A model generated the notes under the pieces. It made no database searches, was not told the origin of the DNA, and saw only the letters and a program-made list of their open reading frames with translations. Position numbers and translations under genes: made by a program. A stretch of 64,000 nucleotides of DNA from an uncultured Acidobacteriota bacterium (GTDB lineage Bacteria; Acidobacteriota; Thermoanaerobaculia; UBA5066). Shown piece after piece: positions 1 to 9,774 of the stretch; the stretch's first letter is position 1, and the number at the start of each line of letters is the position of its first letter. The DNA lies in NCBI GenBank assembly GCA_963779415.1, contig CAVZYA010000001.1, positions 96,001 through 160,000 of the forward strand, in the 5' to 3' direction.

Positions 1-853
1 AGCGGAGGCGCCGTGCCGCCACGAGGGCCCCCATCGCGCCGACGAACTCGCCGTGAGGGAGGAACCGGGACCTGGCGCCGACGAGGGAGTTCGTGAAGGC
101 GAGGACGTCGCGGAGGGCGGCGTTCGCACGGAGGGTCGAGCCGGCGTAGACGATGTCGAGCGGCGCTCCGGCCCCGTTTCGCTGGGCGAGCGCCCCGGCG
201 ATGAGCCCGACGTTCTCGCCGATCAGGCCGATGATGGCGTGTGCGAGGTCGCGCGGGTCCCGCGACGCGACGTGTCCGAGGTTCGCGGCCGTCAGGTCCC
301 CCGAGAGGGGGGTCTCACCGGCCCCATAGAGGTCACGGACGAGGAGGTCGACCTTTCTCCGGTCCCCCTGCGAGGCGAGAGAGGCGAGCGCGTCGTAGTC
401 GGACTCGTCGAGGAGGAGCCGGCCGAAGCCCTGGAGCGTCCCCCCTCCGAGGCCCGTCCCGCCGACGCGGACGACACGGCCGCCGTCGTCGACGCGGAGA
501 ATGGAGGTCCCCGTCCCGAGGCTCACGAGGAGATGAGGCCGCGAGGGGGTGAAGTCGGCGCGAACGAGGAGAGCCTCTTCCCCCAGCCCCCACGCTTCGA
601 ACTCGTCCACGAGGGCGACCGGAGAAGCCCCGGCGAACTGACGGGAGAGCCGCCTCGCCCCCGCGCCCGTGGCCGCGAGGGCCGGATCGTGCCGGCTGGC
701 CAGGAAGGAGGCGATCGCCGGGCGGTCGTTGCTCGGGAAGAGGAAAGTCTCGAAGTCGGTGAGGGGTGCCCCGGTCTCGACGACGACGGCCTTCGTGAGG
801 GTCGCGCCGAGGTCGAGGCCGATCTCCTCGGCGGGAGAGAGGGACTCCGTCAT
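1..853 (-). CDS. coaW: Type II pantothenate kinase (CoaW/Fumble family), runs off the window start
   Basis: Not in the ORF track because there is no stop in the window. Manual translation from ATG 853 gives IGLDLGATLTK, LGTGTSI, RVGGTGLGGGT, GDRRKVDLLVRDLY and GDLTAANLG. The ATG overlaps the GDSL stop (ATGA). Confidence 0.85.
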   Translation of the reverse strand, partial: MTESLSPAEEIGLDLGATLTKAVVVETGAPLTDFETFLFPSNDRPAIASFLASRHDPALAATGAGARRLSRQFAGASPVALVDEFEAWGLGEEALLVRADFTPSRPHLLVSLGTGTSILRVDDGGRVVRVGGTGLGGGTLQGFGRLLLDESDYDALASLASQGDRRKVDLLVRDLYGAGETPLSGDLTAANLGHVASRDPRDLAHAIIGLIGENVGLIAGALAQRNGAGAPLDIVYAGSTLRANAALRDVLAFTNSLVGARSRFLPHGEFVGAMGALVAARRLR

Positions 854-1668
854 GACCGTGATTGTCGCGCAGGTTCTCCCCGGGTCGAATCGGGAGGGAG
901 GGACGAGACGATCCGCGCGGCGATCTCGTCGTAGCCGGCCGGCCCGGGGTGGAAGTGGTCGGCCGCGAGCCGGTCGGGGCGCCCTTCGAAGAGATCGGCC
1001 ACCGGGACGACGAGGGCGCCGTCCACGGCGGCGGCCGCCTTCTCGAGGGCGGCATTCGACATGAGGAGAGCCATCCGGGCCGCCCGCTCGTCGCCGGGCG
1101 CGTCGGACCACGGATTGTAGAGTCCGACGAGACGGATCGGCGCCCTTGGATTTGCCGCCCGGATCTCCTCGAGAATCTTCGTGACGTCGGCCTCCACGCG
1201 GGAAAGGACGGTTCCCGGCGCGTTCGTCCCTTCGCCGGCCGGGGCGCCGGGAAGGGCACGCGTCAGGTCGTTGCCGGAGATCGACAGGACGACGAGTCCG
1301 GCCGCGGCGAGGCTCTCTCTCGTGGAGTGATCGTCCAGCTGCCGGAGGAGATCCGCCGTCCGGAACCCGTCGACGGCGAGGTTCTCGACCGTGACGGCGC
1401 GCCCCCCCCTCCGGATCTCGCGGGCCACGCGCTCCGGATAGCCCCCCGCCGCATCGCCGGCTCCGCGGGTCATCGAGTCCCCGAGCGCGACGATCCGGAG
1501 CGCTCCGGCCGGGGGAGGAGGCGCGGGGGTCGGCGTCGGGAGGACCGCCTCGGCCGCGGGGACCCCCGCGCGTCCCGAGATTCCTGCCGCGAATCCCGCC
1601 GCGAAGACGCCGGCCATTCCGACGGCGATCCCGGCCGGGAGAAACCAGAGAAAGAAGCGTTTCACCAA
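850..1668 (-). CDS. SGNH/GDSL hydrolase with N-terminal membrane anchor
   Basis: ALGDSMT block I, ISGND block III, DHFHP block V; hydrophobic N-terminus. Confidence 0.9.
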   Translation of the reverse strand: MVKRFFLWFLPAGIAVGMAGVFAAGFAAGISGRAGVPAAEAVLPTPTPAPPPPAGALRIVALGDSMTRGAGDAAGGYPERVAREIRRGGRAVTVENLAVDGFRTADLLRQLDDHSTRESLAAAGLVVLSISGNDLTRALPGAPAGEGTNAPGTVLSRVEADVTKILEEIRAANPRAPIRLVGLYNPWSDAPGDERAARMALLMSNAALEKAAAAVDGALVVPVADLFEGRPDRLAADHFHPGPAGYDEIAARIVSSLPPDSTRGEPARQSRS

Positions 1669-1700
1669 CCGGATTCTCGCCGATGGCGTAAAAAGGGGGC

Positions 1701-2433
1701 GTGGACGACGGTCCGGTCCTTTCGGCCGAGGGGCTGGCGAAGAGGTACGGCGACCGGGAGGTGGTGACGGACGCGACGTTCTCCCTCCGGCGCGGAGAGG
1801 TATTCGGCTTTCTCGGGCCGAACGGCGCGGGGAAGACGACGACGATCCGGATGCTGGTGGGCCTCGTGAAGCCGACCCGGGGACGGGCCGTCATCGACGG
1901 GCACGACGTCCAGCGCGAGTTCGAGGCCGCGATGCGGCGCGTCGGCTGCATCGTCGAGACTCCCGACCTCTACCGCTTCCTGACGGGGAGGGAGAACCTC
2001 GAGCACTTCGCCCGGATGGTCGGCAACGGCGCCCGGGGGCGGATCGCGGAGCTGGCCGATCTCGTCCGGATGACGGGCCGCCTCGACGACGCGGTCCGTA
2101 CCTACTCCCTCGGGATGCGCCAGCGGATCGGCATCGCGCAGGCGCTCCTCGGCGACCCCTCGGTCCTGATCCTCGACGAGCCGACGAACGGCCTCGATCC
2201 CGGCCGGCATCCGGGAGATGCGCGAGCTGATCCGCCACCTCGCGGACGAGCGGGGCCTCGCCGTCTTCGTCTCCAGCCACATCCTCTCGGAGGTCGAGAA
2301 GATCGCCGACCGGGTCGCGATCGTCCACCGCGGGCGGACGCTGGCCCAGGGGACCCTCTCCGAGCTGACGGGCGGCGGCGCCCGCTCGCTCGAGGACCTC
2401 TTCCTCGAGAAGACGGCGGGGGAAACGGTATGA
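1701..2433 (+). CDS. ABC exporter ATP-binding subunit (one apparent frameshift near 2200)
   Basis: GPNGAGKT, YSLGM and LILDEPTNGLDP in ORF 1701; continues as MRELIRHL...VSSH in ORF 2218..2433; extra C in a C-run. Confidence 0.88.
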
Positions 2434-3422
2434 CTCTTCCCGGGCTGGTCGAGAACGAGACGCTGAAGATCCTCCGGCGCCGGCGGTTCCGGGTGGTTCT
2501 CCTGGTCCTCGCGATCCTCCTCGCCGTCGTCGTCTTCGCCCAGGCGCGGCAGCGGGTGAGCGCGGAAAAGAACCAGCCGGGGTCGAACTGGCGGAGCCGT
2601 GCGGAGGCCCGCGTCGCGCAGATGGAGAGGCGCGTCGCCCAGCCGCGTCAGATGCCCGACAGCTTCGTCCGGTTCATGAAGTTCGAGACGGGCCGGCTGA
2701 AGTATCACCTCGAGAAGAACATCGACCCGGAGTCGGTGACGGGGCCCCTCTTCTCGCGGGGGTTCGCCGGGGTCGGTTCGATCCTCCTGCTTCCGCTTCT
2801 CGTCGCCGTCGTCGGCGCCGACCTCGTCTCGTCGGAGTTCTCGGAGGGGACCGTGACGCTTCTTCTGACCCGCCCCGTCGCGCGGTGGAAGGTGCTCCTT
2901 TCGAAGGTCGTCACGATGTTTCTCTTCACGACGCTCACGATCCTCTCGGCGGCGCTCCTCTCGTGGGCGATCTCCGGCGTCGCTTTCGGCTGGAAAGGGT
3001 GGGGCGCACCGGTCGTGACGGGCTTCCGCTTCTCCGCGGCCGGGTTCGACGCCTCGGCCGCGCGCGTCCTCCCTCTCTGGCAGGACGTCCTCGTGGCGTG
3101 GGGGCTCGCCTGGTTCTCGGCCCTCGCCGTCGGGGCGGTGACGATGCTCCTCTCGGTCGTCTTCCGCTCCACCGCGGCCGCGATGGGGACGATGATGGCG
3201 ACGTTGATCGGCGGGACGATCCTCTCCCGCGTGGCGTCGGACTGGGAGGGAGCCAAATGGTTCTTCGTCTCGTGCCTCCCGCTCCCGGAGTACTACACCG
3301 GGGTGCCGACGCCGTTTCCGGGGATGACGCTCGCCTTCTGTGCCGCCGTCCTCACGGCATGGGCCGCCGCGGCAACGGCGCTTGCCTTCGTCCTCTTCTC
3401 CCGCCGTGACATCACGAGCTGA
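2430..3422 (+). CDS. ABC-2 type permease
   Basis: MTLPGLVENETLKI start overlaps the ATPase stop; VSSEFSEGTVTLLLTRPVARWKVLLSK motif; several TM helices. Confidence 0.88.
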   Translation: MTLPGLVENETLKILRRRRFRVVLLVLAILLAVVVFAQARQRVSAEKNQPGSNWRSRAEARVAQMERRVAQPRQMPDSFVRFMKFETGRLKYHLEKNIDPESVTGPLFSRGFAGVGSILLLPLLVAVVGADLVSSEFSEGTVTLLLTRPVARWKVLLSKVVTMFLFTTLTILSAALLSWAISGVAFGWKGWGAPVVTGFRFSAAGFDASAARVLPLWQDVLVAWGLAWFSALAVGAVTMLLSVVFRSTAAAMGTMMATLIGGTILSRVASDWEGAKWFFVSCLPLPEYYTGVPTPFPGMTLAFCAAVLTAWAAAATALAFVLFSRRDITS

Positions 3423-3451
3423 GCGCAGCGTAGAATTCGCCCCCCGAACCG

Positions 3452-6400
3452 ATGAGCCCGAACGCGCACCCCGACGTCGTCAACGCCCTCGCGGATGAAT
3501 TCGGCCCGAACGCCGGCCTCGCCCTCGAGCTCTACGCCAGCTACCGGCTGAACCCCGCCTCGGTGGACGCCGGGTGGCGGCGCGCCTTCGAGATTGCCGA
3601 GACGAAGGCCGCCGGAGGTCCCGGAGCCCGGCCGCTTCTCTCCGCCGACGTCACCCCCGGAGCGGAAGAGGGGCCGGCCGCGCCGGCGGCGAGCGCGGCG
3701 GGGCCGGCACCGGCGGCGCCGCGCCCGTCCGCTCCGGTCCCGCTTCCCGACGGGGAGGTCGTGCCGCTCGCCGGGGGCGCCGCGGTCGTCGCGCGGAACA
3801 TGGACGCCTCGCTCGCCGTCCCGACCGCCACCTCGAACCGCCAGATCGCCGCCAAGACGATGGAGGAGAACCGGCGCATCCTGAACCGGCACCGCGAGGT
3901 GATCGGGGAGCGGAAGATCTCCTTCACGCACCTCGTGGCGTGGGCGATCCTCCGCGCCCTCGAGAAGCACCCGGCGATGAACGATGCGTATGCCGAGGTG
4001 GAGGGGCGCCCGGTCCGGGTCCGAAGGAAGAGCGTGAACCTCGGGATCGCGGTCGACGTGACGAAGAGGGACGGGAGCCGGACGCTTCTCGTCCCGAACA
4101 TCAAGGGGGCCGAAACGCTCGGCTTCGCCGGCCTCCTCGACGCCTTCGAATCGGTCGTCACGAAGGCCCGAAAGGGGCAGATCGAGCCGGACGCCTTTGC
4201 CGGGACGACGGTCTCGCTCACGAATCCCGGCACCGTCGGAACGACGGCATCGGCGCCTCGCCTCATGCCGGGGCAGGGGACGATCCTCGCGACGGGGGCT
4301 CTCGACTACCCGGCCGAGTTCGCGGCGATGCCCGACGAAGTCCTCTCCGCCGTCGGCATCTCGCGCATCCTGAACGTCTCCTCGACCTACGACCACCGGA
4401 TCATCCAGGGAGCGGAGTCGGGGCAGTTCCTCGCGACGATGGAGATGCTCCTCCTCGGAGGGGACAGCTTCTACGAGCGGATCTTCCACGACCTGAAGGT
4501 CCCTCACCGTCCGGTCCGGTTCGAGAAGGACCTGAATCCTCCCTTCTTCGCCGGGGGCCGGAACGTGGAGGCGGTCGAGAAGCAGGCCCGCGTCGGCGCG
4601 CTCATCAACGCGTACCGCGTCCGGGGGCACCTCGTCGCGAACCTCGACCCGCTCGGGCCGGGCGAGGACCTCCCGTACCACCGCGACCTCGATCCGCACA
4701 GCTACGGCTTCACGATGTGGGACCTCGACCGCCCCTTCGCGACGGGGGGACTGGGCGGAACGGCCCAGGCCACGCTTCGGGAGATCCTCGAGGTCCTCCG
4801 GCAGACCTACTGCGGAAAGATCGGCGCGGAGTTCATGTACAACGCCGACCCGGCCCAGAAGCAGTGGCTGATGGACCGGATGGAGTCGACGCGGAACCGC
4901 GCGAGCCTGACGGACGAGGAACGGAAGGTCGTCCTCACGCGCCTCGTCGAGGCGGAGGCCTTCGAGAAGTTCCTCCACACGAAGTACGTCGGCCACAAGC
5001 GGTTCTCGCTCGAAGGGGGCGAGGCGGCGATCCCGCTTCTCTCGCGCCTCCTGGACCGGTGCGTCGGGAAGGGAATCGGCGAGGTCGTCATCGGGATGTC
5101 GCACCGCGGGCGCCTGACGGTTCTCGCGACGATCGTCGGAAAGCCGGTGGACCAGATCTTCGCGGAGTTCGAGGACGTCCCGGACCCGGCCTCCATCCAG
5201 GGCTCCGGCGACGTGAAGTACCACCTCGGCGCCGCGGGGGTCCACGAGGCCCCCACGGGAGGAACCGTCGCCGTCGCCGTCGCGCCGAACCCGAGCCATC
5301 TCGAGGCCGTCGACCCGGTCGTGGAGGGGATGGTCCGCGCGAAGCAGACGCGGATCGGGGACCGGAATCACGAAAAAGTCATGCCCGTCCTCGTCCACGG
5401 CGACGCCGCCTTCGCGGGGCAGGGGGTCGTGGCCGAAACGCTGAACATGTCCCAGCTCCACGGCTACCGGACGGGCGGGACGGTCCACGTCGTCATCAAC
5501 AACCAGATCGGCTTCACGACGAGCCCCATCGACGCCCGGACCTCGACGTACTGCACCGACGTCGCGAAGATGATCCAGGCCCCGGTCTTCCACGTGAACG
5601 GCGACGACCCCGAGGCGGTTCTCCACGCGGTCGACGTCGCCCTCGACTACCGCTGCCGGTTCAACCGGGACGTCGTCGTGGACCTCGTCTGCTACCGCCG
5701 CTACGGGCACAACGAGGGGGACGAGCCAAGCTACACGCAGCCCCTCCTCTACCAGAGGATCAAGGCGCACCCCTCGACCGCGCACCTCTACGGCGAACTT
5801 CTCGTCCGGGACCACCGGATCCCCGCCGAGGAGGTCGAGGCGATCTGGAGCGACGCGCGCGGAAGGCTTCAGTCCGCCTTCGAGGCTTCGGCCGGCGGGC
5901 GGTCGAGGGCATCGTTCGTCGATTCGCTCACCGCGGCCCCGGCCCCCCGGATCGATCCGGGCCTCGACGCGAACGCGGCCCTTCGAAAGGTCGTGGAGGC
6001 GGTCTCGACCGTCCCGCCGGGATTCGAAATCCACCCCAAACTCCGCCCCGTCCTGAAGAAGAGGGCCGAGTACGCGAGCGGCCGGCCGGAGATCGACTGG
6101 GCCGGCGCCGAGATGCTGGCCTTCGGGATGCTCCTGATGAAGGGGATCCCCGTCCGTCTCTCGGGGCAGGACTCGGGGCGCGGCACTTTCAGCCACCGGC
6201 ATGCCGTCCTCGCGGACCATCGCTCCGGTGTCGAGTACGTCGCCCTGAACCACATCTCCCCGGGAGAGCAGGCCGAGTTCGAGGTGATCGACTCGCTTCT
6301 CTCGGAGAACGCGGTCCTCGGATTCGAGTTCGGCTACTCGGTCGCCGACCCCTCGACGCTCGTCCTCTGGGAGGCGCAGTTCGGCGACTTCGCCAACGGC

Positions 6401-7165
6401 GCGCAGATCGTCATCGACCAGTTCATCTCGGGCTCGGAGCAGAAGTGGAACCAGCGCTGCGGCCTCCTGCTGCTCCTGCCGCACGGGCAGGAGGGGCAGG
6501 GGCCCGAGCACTCCTCGGCGCGGCTGGAGCGGTTCCTGACGCTCTGCTCCGAGGAGAACCTGCGCGTCGCGAACGTCTCGACGCCGGCGCAGTACTACCA
6601 CGCCCTCCTCCGGCAGATGGAGGGCGATCTCCGCAAGCCGCTCGTTCTGATGGCGCCGAAGAGCCTACTGCGCCATCCGAAGGTCGTCTCGTCGCTCTCC
6701 GATCTCGCGGAGGGGGCGTTCCATCCGGTTCTCGACGACGGAGCTTTCGCGTCCGGCGGGACGGGGAGCGTCCGCCGGGTCGTCCTCGGGAGCGGCAAGG
6801 TCCTCTACGACCTTCTCGCGGGGCGCGAGAAGGCGAAATGCGACGACGTGGCGGTCGTCCGGCTGGAGGAGTTCTACCCCTTCCCGGGGCAGGAGCTGGG
6901 CGCGATCCTCGCGCGCTACCCGGCCGCAGCCGAGATCGTCTGGGTACAGGAGGAGCCGGAGAACATGGGAGGGTGGCGCTTCGTCCGGGAGCAGTTTCTC
7001 GACGGGCACGTCGCGGGGATCTCGCCGTCCCGGGTCCTTCGGTACGTCGGGCGGCGCTCGCTCGCGAGTCCCGCCCCCGGCTCCCACCACGCGTTCGAGC
7101 ACGAGCAGGAGGCCCTCGTCGCCGAGGCCCTCCGCGCTCCGGCCGCCGCCCGGACGGGGGTATGA
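3452..7165 (+). CDS. kgd: Multifunctional 2-oxoglutarate dehydrogenase/decarboxylase, E2-E1 fusion (Kgd/OdhA type)
   Basis: N-terminal acyltransferase domain with YDHRIIQG, then E1 motifs KRFSLEGGE, HGDAAFAGQG, WEAQFGDF and GPEHSSAR. Confidence 0.95.
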   Translation: MSPNAHPDVVNALADEFGPNAGLALELYASYRLNPASVDAGWRRAFEIAETKAAGGPGARPLLSADVTPGAEEGPAAPAASAAGPAPAAPRPSAPVPLPDGEVVPLAGGAAVVARNMDASLAVPTATSNRQIAAKTMEENRRILNRHREVIGERKISFTHLVAWAILRALEKHPAMNDAYAEVEGRPVRVRRKSVNLGIAVDVTKRDGSRTLLVPNIKGAETLGFAGLLDAFESVVTKARKGQIEPDAFAGTTVSLTNPGTVGTTASAPRLMPGQGTILATGALDYPAEFAAMPDEVLSAVGISRILNVSSTYDHRIIQGAESGQFLATMEMLLLGGDSFYERIFHDLKVPHRPVRFEKDLNPPFFAGGRNVEAVEKQARVGALINAYRVRGHLVANLDPLGPGEDLPYHRDLDPHSYGFTMWDLDRPFATGGLGGTAQATLREILEVLRQTYCGKIGAEFMYNADPAQKQWLMDRMESTRNRASLTDEERKVVLTRLVEAEAFEKFLHTKYVGHKRFSLEGGEAAIPLLSRLLDRCVGKGIGEVVIGMSHRGRLTVLATIVGKPVDQIFAEFEDVPDPASIQGSGDVKYHLGAAGVHEAPTGGTVAVAVAPNPSHLEAVDPVVEGMVRAKQTRIGDRNHEKVMPVLVHGDAAFAGQGVVAETLNMSQLHGYRTGGTVHVVINNQIGFTTSPIDARTSTYCTDVAKMIQAPVFHVNGDDPEAVLHAVDVALDYRCRFNRDVVVDLVCYRRYGHNEGDEPSYTQPLLYQRIKAHPSTAHLYGELLVRDHRIPAEEVEAIWSDARGRLQSAFEASAGGRSRASFVDSLTAAPAPRIDPGLDANAALRKVVEAVSTVPPGFEIHPKLRPVLKKRAEYASGRPEIDWAGAEMLAFGMLLMKGIPVRLSGQDSGRGTFSHRHAVLADHRSGVEYVALNHISPGEQAEFEVIDSLLSENAVLGFEFGYSVADPSTLVLWEAQFGDFANGAQIVIDQFISGSEQKWNQRCGLLLLLPHGQEGQGPEHSSARLERFLTLCSEENLRVANVSTPAQYYHALLRQMEGDLRKPLVLMAPKSLLRHPKVVSSLSDLAEGAFHPVLDDGAFASGGTGSVRRVVLGSGKVLYDLLAGREKAKCDDVAVVRLEEFYPFPGQELGAILARYPAAAEIVWVQEEPENMGGWRFVREQFLDGHVAGISPSRVLRYVGRRSLASPAPGSHHAFEHEQEALVAEALRAPAAARTGV

Positions 7166-7223
7166 CGCCGGGCCGGCACGGCCTGGGCCGCACGCCCCGA
7201 ATTAGGTAAGAATCCGGCACCCC

Positions 7224-8591
7224 ATGTCCGCGATCGTCCCGGCCGTCCCGCGAGAGCCCGACTCGATGCCGGCGCAGCCGGAGGCCGAAAAGAGCCTTCT
7301 CGGGGCGCTCTTCATCGACGGCGGGCTCCTGTCCCGCGTCATGGAGTTCCTCGTTCCGGAGGACTTCGCCGCCGAGGAGCACCGGGTCGTCTACGAGGCC
7401 TTCCTTTCGCTCGCCGACCGGGACGAGGCCCGCGACCTCGTGACGGTGCGGAGCGAGCTGGAGAAGGCGGGAACGCTCGAGCGCGCGGGCGGAGCGTCGT
7501 ACCTCGCCTCCCTCGTGGACCGCGTCCCCGACGTGGAGAACGTCGAGGCCTACGCGCGCCTGATCCGCGAGGCGTCCCTCCGCCGCGCCGTCATCCAGCA
7601 GTCCCGCCGGGCGATCCGCGAGGCGATGGAGCTGCCGGACGCCGAGCTGGTCCTCGAGAACGCCCAGCGCGAGCTCGTCGAGATCGCGAAGGGGTCGGTC
7701 AAGGGGGGGTTCGTCCGGATCGGGCGGATCGCCGAGAGGAACGAGGAGGAGATCCAGCGGATCCACGGCCGCGGGACGATGCTGACGGGCCTTTCGACGG
7801 GCTTCACGCGACTGAACGCGCTGACCCAGGGGTTCCAGAAGAGCGACCTGATCGTCGTGGCCGCGCGCCCCGGGATGGGAAAGAGCGCCTTCGCTCTGAA
7901 CATCGCGGCGCATCTCGCGATCCACCAGCCGAACACCGTGGGCTTCTTCTCCCTCGAGATGTCGGCCCAGCAGGTCGGCTTCCGGATCCAGTGCTCCGAG
8001 GCGCGGGTAAACCTCCAGCGGCTTCGCGAGGGGCGGATCTCCAAGGACGAGAAGAAAGCCCTCTTCTTCACGCTCCAGAAGATCCGCGACGCGAAGCTCT
8101 ACATCGACGACACGCCCGCCATCACCCTTCTCGAGATGCGCGCGCGAGCCCTCCAGCTCAAGCAGAGGTACGGCCTCGAGGCCCTCTTCGTCGACTACCT
8201 CCAGATCATGGGGACGCGCGGCAAGGTCGAGAACCGGACGCAGGAGGTCTCGGCCTTTTCGCGGGGCCTCAAGGCGCTGGCCAAGGAGCTGGACGTTCCG
8301 GTCGTCGCGCTCTCGCAGCTCTCCCGCCGGACCGAGCAGCGCGGCGCGAGCGAGAAGGAGCCGGTCCTGTCGGACCTCCGCGAGTCGGGAGCCATCGAGC
8401 AGGACGCGGACGTCGTCATCTTCCTTTCGCGCCCCGAGTACTACGACAAGGAGACCGAGCAGAAGAACGTCTGCGACGTGATCATCGCCAAGCAGCGGAA
8501 CGGTCCGACCGACCGGTTCACCCTCGGCTGGTCGGGGGAGTACACGCGTTTCTCCGACCTCGCCCAGGTCTCCGAAGCACCCGGCTACTGA
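7224..8591 (+). CDS. dnaB: Replicative DNA helicase
   Basis: AARPGMGKS, FSLEM, VDYLQ, LSQLSR, SDLRESGAIEQDAD, AKQRNGP. Confidence 0.97.
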   Translation: MSAIVPAVPREPDSMPAQPEAEKSLLGALFIDGGLLSRVMEFLVPEDFAAEEHRVVYEAFLSLADRDEARDLVTVRSELEKAGTLERAGGASYLASLVDRVPDVENVEAYARLIREASLRRAVIQQSRRAIREAMELPDAELVLENAQRELVEIAKGSVKGGFVRIGRIAERNEEEIQRIHGRGTMLTGLSTGFTRLNALTQGFQKSDLIVVAARPGMGKSAFALNIAAHLAIHQPNTVGFFSLEMSAQQVGFRIQCSEARVNLQRLREGRISKDEKKALFFTLQKIRDAKLYIDDTPAITLLEMRARALQLKQRYGLEALFVDYLQIMGTRGKVENRTQEVSAFSRGLKALAKELDVPVVALSQLSRRTEQRGASEKEPVLSDLRESGAIEQDADVVIFLSRPEYYDKETEQKNVCDVIIAKQRNGPTDRFTLGWSGEYTRFSDLAQVSEAPGY

Positions 8592-8598
8592 GCCCTCC

Positions 8599-9774
8599 GT
8601 GAAGCTTCGTCCGACCCGGGCCGTGATCGACCTCGACGCGCTCGCCGCGAACTACCGGGCGCTCGCCGGCGCCGTTCCACCGGGGGTTGCGGTGATGCCC
8701 GTCGTGAAGGCGGACGGTTACGGGCACGGGGCCGTCCCGGTGTCACGCCAGCTCGTCGCAGCAGGCGCCGGAATCCTGGCTGTCGCCGTCGTGGAGGAAG
8801 GGGCTGAACTGCGCCGCGGCGGAATCGAGGTCCCCATCCTCGTGATGGGCTGGATCGGACCCGAGCAGCTCGAAGCGCTGGTGGAGAACGGCCTGACGCC
8901 GAACGCCCACTCGCCGGAGCAGCTCCGGGAACTGGTGGAGTTTGTTGAGAAGAAACGAACGAAGCTCCGGTTGCACCTGAAGCTCGACACGGGAATGACG
9001 AGGTTGGGGATCCTGCCGGACCAGATGTCGCATGTCCTCGACGCCGTCGCGAGGGCGAAAGAGCACCTTTTCTTAGAAGGGGTATTCCAGAATTTCGCCT
9101 CGGCCGACGAATCCGGCTCGGCACAGACAGACGCTCAGGCACTTGCCTTCGAAGAGATGCTCGCGGCGATCCGGGCGGCGGGGCATACGCCATCGATGAT
9201 CCATACCGACAACAGCGCCGGTGCTCTCTCTCGTCTCTCTTCACCTTCTAAGAAATCTCTCGTCGGGGTCTCCCACGTTCGCCCCGGCCTTGCTCTCTAT
9301 GCTCCGTTGCCCGGTCTCCCCCTTGCGGATTCTCTTCGGGACGTCATGACGTTTGTCTCCGCCGTCGATCAGGTCAAGCGCGTGGCGGCGGGGACCCGGA
9401 TCGGGTACGGCGGAACGTTCGTCTGCGGACGGGAGACGACCGTGGCCCTCGTCCCGGCCGGCTACGCGGACGGCGTTCCCCGGTCCCTCTCGGGGCGGGG
9501 CCAGGTTCTGATCCAAGGCCGGCGCTGTCCGATCGCGGGGCGCATCTCGATGGACATGACGGCGGTCGACGTGACGGACCTTCCCGCCGCGCCGCGGCGC
9601 GGGGACGAGGCGGTCTTCTTCGGCCGGTCGTTCGGGACGCGCCTCGGCGTGGAGGAAGCGGCGGCCGCCGCGGGAACGGTGGCATGGGAGGTCCTCTGCG
9701 GCGTGGGGCCGCGGGTGCCGCGTATCATCGTCGCCGGCGGCCGCATCCTCGAGATGCAGTCGAAGTTTCTCTGA
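8599..9774 (+). CDS. alr: Alanine racemase
   Basis: VVKADGYGHG (PLP Lys), KLDTGMTRLG, IGYG, GYADG, GRISMD. Confidence 0.93.
   Translation: MKLRPTRAVIDLDALAANYRALAGAVPPGVAVMPVVKADGYGHGAVPVSRQLVAAGAGILAVAVVEEGAELRRGGIEVPILVMGWIGPEQLEALVENGLTPNAHSPEQLRELVEFVEKKRTKLRLHLKLDTGMTRLGILPDQMSHVLDAVARAKEHLFLEGVFQNFASADESGSAQTDAQALAFEEMLAAIRAAGHTPSMIHTDNSAGALSRLSSPSKKSLVGVSHVRPGLALYAPLPGLPLADSLRDVMTFVSAVDQVKRVAAGTRIGYGGTFVCGRETTVALVPAGYADGVPRSLSGRGQVLIQGRRCPIAGRISMDMTAVDVTDLPAAPRRGDEAVFFGRSFGTRLGVEEAAAAAGTVAWEVLCGVGPRVPRIIVAGGRILEMQSKFL
9070..9254. repeat. Convergent pair of TTCTTAGAAGG motifs inside alr
   Basis: TTCTTAGAAGG at 9070-9080 (+) and CCTTCTAAGAA at 9244-9254. Confidence 0.8.

Noticed and set aside
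53-934. Plus-strand 293-aa ORF at the window start
   Set aside because: Antisense shadow of the minus-strand pantothenate kinase
983-994. TCTCTTCGAAGG (minus) in the GDSL gene as another motif copy
   Set aside because: Explained by ordinary L-F-E-G codons, with no partner site or skewed flanks
3293-7209. Very long alternative-frame and antisense ORFs (1102 aa, 1211 aa, and many similar ones across the window)
   Set aside because: Shadow ORFs of high-GC genes: Arg/Pro/Gly-rich, no motifs, fully overlapping well-supported genes
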